Position numbers and translations under genes: made by a program. A stretch of 64,000 nt of DNA from the human T2T-CHM13v2.0 reference genome, Homo sapiens: NCBI RefSeq assembly GCF_009914755.1, contig NC_060925.1, one strand, 5' to 3'. This document shows, one piece after another, positions 53,930-64,000 of the stretch. Positions within the stretch are counted from its first letter, which is position 1, and every line of letters begins with the position of its first letter. The notes below the pieces were generated by a model. That model was not told where the DNA came from. It searched no databases and saw only the letters and a program-made list of their open reading frames with translations.

Positions 53930-56900
53930 TGTGTTGTGTGTATTCAACTCACAGAGTTGAACGATCCTTTACACAGAGCAGACTTGAAACACTCTTTTTG
54001 TGGAATTTGCAAGTGGAGATTTCAGCCGCTTTGAGGTCAATGGTAGAAAAGGAAATATCTTCGTATAAAGACTAGACAGAATGATTCTCAGAAACTCCTT
54101 TGTGATGTGTGCGTTCAACTCACAGAGTTTAACTTTTCTTTTCATAGAGCAGTTAGGAAACACTCTGTTTGTAAAGTCTGCAAGTGGATATTCAGACCTC
54201 TTTGAGGCCTTCGTTGGAAACGGGATTTCTTCATATTATGCTAGACAGAAGAATTCTCAGTAACTTCCTTGTGTTGTGTGTATTCAACTCACAGAGTTGA
54301 ACGATCCTTTACACAGAGCAGACTTGAAACATTCTTTTTGTGGAATTTGCAAGTGGAGATTTCAGCCGCTTTGAGGTCAATGGTAGAATAGGAAATATCT
54401 TCCTATAGAAACTAGACAGAACGATTCTCAGAAACTCCATTGTGATGTGTGCGTTCAACTCACAGAGTTTAACCTTTCTTTTCATAGAGCAGTTAGGAAA
54501 CACTCTGTTTGTAAAGTCTGCAAGTGGATATTCAGACCTCTTTGAGGCCTTCGTGGAAACGGGATTTCTTCCTATTCTGCTAGACAGAAGAATTCTCAGT
54601 AACTTCCTTGTGTTGTGTGTATTCAACTCACAGAGTTGAACGATCCTTTACACAGAGCAGACTTGAAACACTCTTTTTGTGGAATTTGCAAGTGGAGATT
54701 TCAGCCGCTTTGAGGTCAATGGTAGAAAAGGAAATATCTTCGTATAAAGACTAGACAGAATGATTCTCAGAAACTCCTTTGTGATGTGTGCGTTCAACTC
54801 ACAGAGTTTAACTTTTCTTTTCATAGAGCAGTTAGGAAACACTCTGTTTGTAAAGTCTGCAAGTGGATATTCAGACCTCTTTGAGGCCTTCGTTGGAAAC
54901 GGGATTTCTTCATATTATGCTAGACAGAAGAATTCTCAGTAACTTCCTTGTGTTGTGTGTATTCAACTCACAGAGTTGAACGATCCTTTACACAGAGCAG
55001 ACTTGAAACATTCTTTTTGTGGAATTTGCAAGTGGAGATTTCAGCCGCTTTGAGGTCAATGGTAGAATAGGAAATATCTTCCTATAGAAACTAGACAGAA
55101 CGATTCTCAGAAACTCCATTGTGATGTGTGCGTTCAACTCACAGAGTTTAACCTTTCTTTTCATAGAGCAGTTAGGAAACACTCTGTTTGTAAAGTCTGC
55201 AAGTGGATATTCAGACCTCTTTGAGGCCTTGGTTGGAAACGGGATTTCTTCCTATTCTGCTAGACAGAAGAATTCTCAGTAACTTCCTTGTGTTGTGTGT
55301 ATTCAACTCACAGAGTTGAACGATCCTTTACACAGAGCAGACTTGAAACACTCTTTTTGTGGAATTTGCAAGTGGAGATTTCAGCCGCATTGAGGTCAAT
55401 AGTAGAAAAGGAAATATCTTCGTAGAAAAACTAGACAGAATGATTGTCAGAAACTCCTTTGTGATGTGTGTGTTCAACTCACAGAGTTTAAGCTTTCTTT
55501 TCATAGAGCAGTTAGTAAACACTCTGTTTATAAAGTCTGCAAGTGGATATTCAGACCCCTTTGAGGCCTTCGTTGGAAACGGGATTTCTTCATATTATGC
55601 TAGACAGAAGAATTCTCAGTAACTTCCTTGTGTTGTGTGTATTCAACTGACAGAGTTGAACTTTCATTTAGAGAGAGCAGATTTGAAACACTGTTTTTGT
55701 GGAATTTGCAAGTGGAGATTTCAAGCGCTTTGGGGCCAAAGGCAGAAAAGGAAATATCTTCGTATAAAAACTAGACAGAATCATTCTCAGAAACTGCTGC
55801 GTGATGTGTGCGTTCAACTCTCAGAGTTTAACTTTTCTTTTCATTCAGCGGTTTGGAAACACTCTGTTTGTAAAGTCTGCACGTGGATATTTTGACCACT
55901 TAGAGGCCTTCGTTGGAAACGGGTTTTTTTCATGTAAGGCTAGACAGAAGAATTCCCAGTAACTTCCTTGTGTTGTGTGCATTCAACTCACAGAGTTGAA
56001 CGTTCCCTTAGACAGAGCAGATTTGAAACACTCTATTTGTGCAATTTACAAGTGTAGTTTTCAAGCTCTTTAAGGTCAACGGCAGAAAAGGAAATATCTT
56101 CGTTTCAAAACTAGACAGAATCATTCCCACAAACTGCGTTGTGATGTGTTCGTTCAACTCACAGAGTTTAACCTTTCTGTTCATAGAGCAGTTAGGAAAC
56201 ACTCTGTTTGTAAAGTCTGTAAGTGGATATTCTGACATCTTGTGGCCTTCGTTGGAAACGGGATTTCTTCATATTCTGCTAGACAGAAGAATTCTCAGTA
56301 ACTTCCTTGTGTTGTGTGTATTCAACTCACAGAGTTGAACGATCCTTTACACAGAGCAGACTTGAAACACTCTTTTTGTGGAATTTGCAAGTGGAGATTT
56401 CAGCCGCTTTGAGGTCAATGGTAGAAAAGGAAATATCTTCGTATAAAGACTAGACAGAATGATTCTCAGAAACTCCTTTGTGATGTGTGCGTTCAACTCA
56501 CAGAGTTTAACCTTTCTGTTCATAGAGCAGTTAGGAAACACTCTGTTTGTAAAGTCTGCAAGTGGATATCCGACCTCCTTGAGGCCTTCGTTGGAAACGG
56601 GATTTCTTCATATTCTGCTAGACAGAAGAATTCTCAGTAACTTCCTTGTGTTGTGTGTATTCAACTCACAGAGTTGAACGATCCTTTACACAGAGCAGAC
56701 TTGAAACACTCTTTTTGTGGAATTTGCAAGTGGAGATTTCAGCCGCTTTGAGGTCAATGGTAGAAAAGGAAATATCTTCGTATAAAGACTAGACAGAATG
56801 ATTCTCAGAAACTCCTTTGTGATGTGTGCGTTCAACTCACAGAGTTTAACTTTTCTTTTCATAGAGCAGTTAGGAAACACTCTGTTTGTAAAGTCTGCAA

Positions 56901-59900
56901 GTGGATATTCAGACCTCTTTGAGGCCATCGTTGGAAACGGGATTTCTTCATATTATGCTAGACAGAAGAATTCTCAGTAACTTCCTTGTGTTGTGTGTAT
57001 TCAACTCACAGAGTTGAACGATCCTTTACACAGAGCAGACTTGAAACATTCTTTTTGTGGAATTTGCATGTGGAGATTTCAGCCGCTTTGAGGTCAATGG
57101 TAGAATAGGAAATATCTTCCTATAGAAACTAGACAGAACGATTCTCAGAAACTCCATTGTGATGTGTGCGTTCAACTCACAGAGTTTAACCTTTCTTTTC
57201 ATAGAGCAGTTAGGAAACACTCTGTTTGTAAAGTCTGCAAGTGGATATTCAGACCTCTTTGAGGCCTTCGTGGAAACGGGATTTCTTCCTATTCTGCTAG
57301 ACAGAAGAATTCTCAGTAACTTCCTTGTGTTGTGTGTATTCAACTCACAGAGTTGAACGATCCTTTACACAGAGCAGACTTGAAACACTCTTTTTGTGGA
57401 ATTTGCAAGTGGAGATTTCAGCCGATTTGAGGTCAATGGTAGAATAGGAAATATCTTCCTATAGAAACTAGACAGAATGATTCTCAGAAACTCCTTTGTG
57501 ATGTGTGCGTTCAACTCACAGAGTTTAACCTTTCTTTTCATAGAGCAGTTAGGAAACACTCTGTTTGTAAAGTCTGCAAGTGGATATTCAGACCTCTTTG
57601 AGGCCTTCGTTGGAAACGGGATTTCTTCCTATTCTGCTAGACAGAAGAATTCTCAGTAACTTCCTTGTGTTGTGTGTATTCAACTCACAGAGTTGAACGA
57701 TCCTTTACACAGAGCAGACTTGAAACACTCTTTTTGTGGAATTTGCAAGTGGAGATTTCAGCCGCTTTGAGGTCAATGGTAGAAAAGGAAATATCTTCGT
57801 ATAAAGACTAGACAGAATGATTCTCAGAAACTCCTTTGTGATGTGTGCGTTCAACTCACAGAGTTTAACTTTTCTTTTCATAGAGCAGTTAGGAAACACT
57901 CTGTTTGTAAAGTCTGCAAGTGGATATTCAGACCTCTTTGAGGCCTTCGTTGGAAACGGGATTTCTTCATATTATGCTAGACAGAAGAATTCTCAGTAAC
58001 TTCCTTGTGTTGTGTGTATTCAACTCACAGAGTTGAACGATCCTTTACACAGAGCAGACTTGAAACATTCTTTTTGTGGAATTTGCAAGTGGAGATTTCA
58101 GCCGCTTTGAGGTCAATGGTAGAATAGGAAATATCTTCCTATAGAAACTAGACAGAACGATTCTCAGAAACTCCATTGTGATGTGTGCGTTCAACTCACA
58201 GAGTTTAACCTTTCTTTTCATAGAGCAGTTAGGAAACACTCTGTTTGTAAAGTCTGCAAGTGGATATTCAGACCTCTTTGAGGCCTTCGTGGAAACGGGA
58301 TTTCTTCCTATTCTGCTAGACAGAAGAATTCTCAGTAACTTCCTTGTGTTGTGTGTATTCAACTCACAGAGTTGAACGATCCTTTACACAGAGCAGACTT
58401 GAAACACTCTTTTTGTGGAATTTGCAAGTGGAGATTTCAGCCGCTTTGAGGTCAATGGTAGAAAAGGAAATATCTTCGTATAAAGACTAGACAGAATGAT
58501 TCTCAGAAACTCCTTTGTGATGTGTGCGTTCAACTCACAGAGTTTAACTTTTCTTTTCATAGAGCAGTTAGGAAACACTCTGTTTGTAAAGTCTGCAAGT
58601 GGATATTCAGACCTCTTTGAGGCCTTCGTTGGAAACGGGATTTCTTCATATTATGCTAGACAGAAGAATTCTCAGTAACTTCCTTGTGTTGTGTGTATTC
58701 AACTCACAGAGTTGAACGATCCTTTACACAGAGCAGACTTGAAACATTCTTTTTGTGGAATTTGCAAGTGGAGATTTCAGCCGCTTTGAGGTCAATGGTA
58801 GAATAGGAAATATCTTCCTATAGAAACTAGACAGAACGATTCTCAGAAACTCCATTGTGATGTGTGCGTTCAACTCACAGAGTTTAACCTTTCTTTTCAT
58901 AGAGCAGTTAGGAAACACTCTGTTTGTAAAGTCTGCAAGTGGATATTCAGACCTCTTTGAGGCCTTGGTTGGAAACGGGATTTCTTCCTATTCTGCTAGA
59001 CAGAAGAATTCTCAGTAACTTCCTTGTGTTGTGTGTATTCAACTCACAGAGTTGAACGATCCTTTACACAGAGCAGACTTGAAACACTCTTTTTGTGGAA
59101 TTTGCAAGTGGAGATTTCAGCCGCATTGAGGTCAATAGTAGAAAAGGAAATATCTTCGTAGAAAAACTAGACAGAATGATTGTCAGAAACTCCTTTGTGA
59201 TGTGTGTGTTCAACTCACAGAGTTTAAGCTTTCTTTTCATAGAGCAGTTAGTAAACACTCTGTTTATAAAGTCTGCAAGTGGATATTCAGACCCCTTTGA
59301 GGCCTTCGTTGGAAACGGGATTTCTTCATATTATGCTAGACAGAAGAATTCTCAGTAACTTCCTTGTGTTGTGTGTATTCAACTGACAGAGTTGAACTTT
59401 CATTTAGAGAGAGCAGATTTGAAACACTGTTTTTGTGGAATTTGCAAGTGGAGATTTCAAGCGCTTTGGGGCCAAAGGCAGAAAAGGAAATATCTTCGTA
59501 TAAAAACTAGACAGAATCATTCTCAGAAACTGCTGCGTGATGTGTGCGTTCAACTCTCAGAGTTTAACTTTTCTTTTCATTCAGCGGTTTGGAAACACTC
59601 TGTTTGTAAAGTCTGCACGTGGATATTTTGACCACTTAGAGGCCTTCGTTGGAAACGGGTTTTTTTCATGTAAGGCTAGACAGAAGAATTCCCAGTAACT
59701 TCCTTGTGTTGTGTGCATTCAACTCACAGAGTTGAACGTTCCCTTAGACAGAGCAGATTTGAAACACTCTATTTGTGCAATTTACAAGTGTAGTTTTCAA
59801 GCTCTTTAAGGTCAACGGCAGAAAAGGAAATATCTTCGTTTCAAAACTAGACAGAATCATTCCCACAAACTGCGTTGTGATGTGTTCGTTCAACTCACAG

Positions 59901-61400
59901 AGTTTAACCTTTCTGTTCATAGAGCAGTTAGGAAACACTCTGTTTGTAAAGTCTGTAAGTGGATATTCTGACATCTTGTGGCCTTCGTTGGAAACGGGAT
60001 TTCTTCATATTCTGCTAGACAGAAGAATTCTCAGTAACTTCCTTGTGTTGTGTGTATTCAACTCACAGAGTTGAACGATCCTTTACACAGAGCAGACTTG
60101 AAACACTCTTTTTGTGGAATTTGCAAGTGGAGATTTCAGCCGCTTTGAGGTCAATGGTAGAAAAGGAAATATCTTCGTATAAAGACTAGACAGAATGATT
60201 CTCAGAAACTCCTTTGTGATGTGTGCGTTCAACTCACAGAGTTTAACCTTTCTGTTCATAGAGCAGTTAGGAAACACTCTGTTTGTAAAGTCTGCAAGTG
60301 GATATCCGACCTCCTTGAGGCCTTCGTTGGAAACGGGATTTCTTCATATTCTGCTAGACAGAAGAATTCTCAGTAACTTCCTTGTGTTGTGTGTATTCAA
60401 CTCACAGAGTTGAACGATCCTTTACACAGAGCAGACTTGAAACACTCTTTTTGTGGAATTTGCAAGTGGAGATTTCAGCCGCTTTGAGGTCAATGGTAGA
60501 AAAGGAAATATCTTCGTATAAAGACTAGACAGAATGATTCTCAGAAACTCCTTTGTGATGTGTGCGTTCAACTCACAGAGTTTAACTTTTCTTTTCATAG
60601 AGCAGTTAGGAAACACTCTGTTTGTAAAGTCTGCAAGTGGATATTCAGACCTCTTTGAGGCCATCGTTGGAAACGGGATTTCTTCATATTATGCTAGACA
60701 GAAGAATTCTCAGTAACTTCCTTGTGTTGTGTGTATTCAACTCACAGAGTTGAACGATCCTTTACACAGAGCAGACTTGAAACATTCTTTTTGTGGAATT
60801 TGCATGTGGAGATTTCAGCCGCTTTGAGGTCAATGGTAGAATAGGAAATATCTTCCTATAGAAACTAGACAGAACGATTCTCAGAAACTCCATTGTGATG
60901 TGTGCGTTCAACTCACAGAGTTTAACCTTTCTTTTCATAGAGCAGTTAGGAAACACTCTGTTTGTAAAGTCTGCAAGTGGATATTCAGACCTCTTTGAGG
61001 CCTTCGTGGAAACGGGATTTCTTCCTATTCTGCTAGACAGAAGAATTCTCAGTAACTTCCTTGTGTTGTGTGTATTCAACTCACAGAGTTGAACGATCCT
61101 TTACACAGAGCAGACTTGAAACACTCTTTTTGTGGAATTTGCAAGTGGAGATTTCAGCCGATTTGAGGTCAATGGTAGAATAGGAAATATCTTCCTATAG
61201 AAACTAGACAGAATGATTCTCAGAAACTCCTTTGTGATGTGTGCGTTCAACTCACAGAGTTTAACCTTTCTTTTCATAGAGCAGTTAGGAAACACTCTGT
61301 TTGTAAAGTCTGCAAGTGGATATTCAGACCTCTTTGAGGCCTTCGTTGGAAACGGGATTTCTTCCTATTCTGCTAGACAGAAGAATTCTCAGTAACTTCC
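53930..61400 (+). repeat. Tandem duplication F, 3736-bp period (22 monomers minus 4 bp)
   Basis: All ORF-track entries from 53969 to 57477 recur with identical translation 3736 bp later. Mutant CENP-B boxes and the GGATATCCGACC deletion are shared. Confidence 0.93.
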
Positions 61401-64000
61401 TTGTGTTGTGTGTATTCAACTCACAGAGTTGAACGATCCTTTACACAGAGCAGACTTGAAACACTCTTTTTGTGGAATTTGCAAGTGGAGATTTCAGCCG
61501 CTTTGAGGTCAATGGTAGAAAAGGAAATATCTTCGTAGAAAAACTAGACAGAATGATTCTCAGAAACTCCTTTGTGATGTGTGTGTTCAACTCACAGAGT
61601 TTAACCTTTCTTTTCATAGAGCAGTTAGTAAACACTCTGTTTATAAAGTCTGCAAGTGGATATTCAGACCCCTTTGAGGCCTTCGTTGGAAACGGGATTT
61701 CTTCATATTATGCTAGACAGAAGAATTCTCAGTAACTTCCTTGTGTTGTGTGTATTCAACTGACAGAGTTGAACTTTCATTTAGAGAGAGCAGATTTGAA
61801 ACACTGTTTTTGTGGAATTTGCAAGTGGAGATTTCAAGCGCTTTGGGGCCAAAGGCAGAAAAGGAAATATCTTCGTATAAAAACTCAGCAGAATCATTCT
61901 CAGAAACTGCTGCGTGATGTGTGCGTTCAACTCTCAGAGTTTAACTTTTCTTTTCATTCAGCGGTTTGGAAACACTCTGTTTGTAAAGTCTGCACGTGGA
62001 TATTATGACCACTTAGAGGCCTTCGTTGGAAACGGGTTTTCTTCATGTAAGGCTAGACAGAAGAATTCCCAGTAACTTCCTTGTGTTGTGTGCATTCAAC
62101 TCACAGAGTTGAACGTTCCCTTAGACAGAGCAGATTTGAAACACTCTATTTGTGCAATTTGCAAGTGTAGATTTCAAGCGCTTTAAGGTCAATGGCAGAA
62201 AAGGAAATTTCTTCGTTGCAAAACTAGACAGAATCATTCCCACAAACTGCGTTGTGATGTGTTCGTTCAACTCACAGAGTTTAACCTTTCTGTTCATAGA
62301 GCAGTTAGGAAACACTCTGTTTGTAAAGTCTGCAAGTGGATATTCAGACCTCCTTGAGGCCTTCGTTGCAAACGGGATTTCTTCATATTCTGCTAGACAG
62401 AAGAATTCTCAGTAACTTCCTTGTGTTGTGTGTATTCAACTCACAGAGTTGAACGACCCTTTACACAGAGCAGACTTGAAACACTCTTTTTGTGGAATTT
62501 GCAAGTGGAGATTTCAGCCGCTTTGAGGTCAATGGTAGAAAAGGAAATATCTTCGTACAAAGACTAGACAGAATGATTCTCATAAACTCCTTTGTGATGT
62601 GTGCGTTCAACTCACAGAGTTTAACTTTTCTTTTCATAGAGCAGTTAGGAAACACTCTCTTTGTAAAGTCTGCAAGTGGATATTCAGACCTCTTTGAGGC
62701 CTTCGTTGGAAACGGGATTTCTTCATATTCTGCTATTCAGAAGAATTCTCAGTAACTTCCTTGTGTTGTGTGTATTCAACTCACAGAGTTGAACGATCCT
62801 TTACACAGAGCAGACTTGAAACACTCTTTTTGTGGAATTTGCAAGTGGAGATTTCAGCCGCTTTGAGGTCAATGGTAGAATAGGAAATATCTTCCTATAG
62901 AAACTAGACAGAACGATTCTCAGAAACTCCTTTGTGATGTGTGCGTTCAACTCACAGAGTTTAAACTTTCTTTTCATAGAGCCGTTAGGAAACACTCTGT
63001 TTGTAAAGTCTGCAAGTGGATATTCAGACCTCTTTGAGGCCTTCGTTGGAAACGGGATTTCTTCATATTCTGCTAGACAGAAGAATTCTCAGTAACTTCC
63101 TTGTGTTGTGTGTATTCAACTCACAGAGTTGAAGGATCCTTTACACAGAGCAGACTTGAAACACTCTTTTTGTCGAATTTGCAAGTGGAGATTTCAGCCG
63201 CTTTGAGGTCAATAGTAGAAAAGGAAATATCTTCGTAGAAAAACTAGACAGAATGATTCTCAGAAACTCCTTTGTGATGTGTGTGTTCAACTCACAGAGT
63301 TTAACCTTTCTTTTCCTAGAGCAGTTAGTAAACACTCTGTTTGTAAAGTCTGCAAGTGGATATTCAGACCTCTTTGAGGCCTTCGATGGAAACGGGATTT
63401 CTTCATATTCTGCTAGACAGAAGGATTCTCAGTAACTTCCTTGTGTTGTGTGTATTCAACTCACAGAGTTGAACGATCCTTTACAGAGAGCAGGCTTGAA
63501 ACACTCTTTTTGTCGAATTTGCAAGTGGAGATTTCAGCCGCTTTGAGGTCAATGGTAGAATAGGAAATATCTTCTTATAGAAACTAGACAGAATGATTCT
63601 CATAAACTCCTTTGTGATGTGTGCGTTCAACTCACAGAGTTTAACCTTTCTTTTCATAGAGCAGTTAGGAAACACTCTGTTTGTAAAGTCTGCAAGTGGA
63701 TATTCAGACCTCCTTGAGGCCTTCGTTGGAAACGGGATTTCTTCATATTCTGCTAGACAGAAGAATTCTCAGTAACTTCCTTGTGTTGTGTTTATTCAAC
63801 TCACAGAGTTGAAGGATCCTTTACACAGAGCAGACTTGAAACACTCTTTTTGTGGAATTTGCAAGTGGAGATTTCAGCCGCTTTGAGGTCAATGGTAGAA
63901 AAGTAAATATCTTCGTATAAAGACTAGACAGAATGATTCTCAGAAACTCCTTTGTGATGTGTGCGTTCAACTCACAGAGTTTAACCTTTCTGTTCATAGA
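61100..64000 (+). repeat. Block duplication G, copy 2 (runs to the window edge)
   Basis: Offsets 47814/61748, 48527/62461 and 49547/63481. Confidence 0.9.

Larger units (their letters stand above)
1..64000 (+). repeat. Centromeric alpha-satellite array, SF1-type 340-bp dimeric organisation (D1Z7/D5Z2/D19Z3-like, S1C1/5/19H1L)
   Basis: Uninterrupted ~170-bp monomers. The 340-bp period shows in ORF-track starts (257, 597, 937, 1277 ... 63481). EcoRI GAATTC occurs once per dimer in most dimers (first at 199-204). CENP-B boxes lie in alternate monomers. Alpha-satellite identity is near certain. The chr1/5/19 family assignment rests on recalled sequence character and is less certain (~0.8). Confidence 0.98.

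Noticed and set aside
29-63775. Hundreds of 60-105 aa ORFs on both strands (MILRNSF..., MFPNCSM..., MCIQLTE...)
   Set aside because: They recur with the 340-bp period, overlap on opposite strands, mostly begin at alternative start codons, and are freely broken by indels and stops. They are translations of satellite DNA. Any similar 'hypothetical proteins' in databases would most likely be contamination-derived annotations.
1-64000. CRISPR-like or other repeat-spacer array
   Set aside because: There are no unique spacers. The entire unit is repeated and no cas-like ORFs are present.
1-64000. Novel gene system, mobile element (L1, Alu, LTR) or strand inversion hidden in the array
   Set aside because: The monomer register and CENP-B box orientation are continuous end to end, with net drift of only -16 bp. 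This leaves no room for non-satellite inserts, and I saw no poly-A tails or target-site duplications.
1-64000. Assignment to a specific chromosome (1, 5 or 19) or to the CENP-A/CDR kinetochore site
   Set aside because: The three arrays share the same HOR and need chromosome-specific k-mers to separate. Kinetochore position is epigenetic and cannot be read from sequence.

Overview
The whole 64 kb window is primate (human-type) centromeric alpha-satellite in one orientation. It is about 188 head-to-tail 340-bp dimers (169 + 171 bp monomers), with a CENP-B box in one monomer and a pJalpha-type box in the other. This organisation matches suprachromosomal family 1 (J1/J2). It looks most like the live D1Z7/D5Z2/D19Z3 (S1C1/5/19H1L) array shared by chromosomes 1, 5 and 19, but I cannot assign the chromosome by eye. 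I see no protein-coding genes, RNA genes, transposon insertions, inversions or CRISPR array. All listed ORFs are artefacts of translating the repeat, and I found no new gene-based system. The information lies in the higher-order architecture. A divergent two-dimer cassette recurs 23 times at variable spacing (6 to 44 monomers). There are nested tandem and dispersed block duplications of 1.4 to 5 kb, hybrid monomers whose junctions map to 7 to 11 bp, and a recently amplified patch at 54.5-61.0 kb where about 8 of 20 CENP-B boxes are disrupted. Counts and block boundaries were read by eye, helped by ORF-track offsets, and are approximate.
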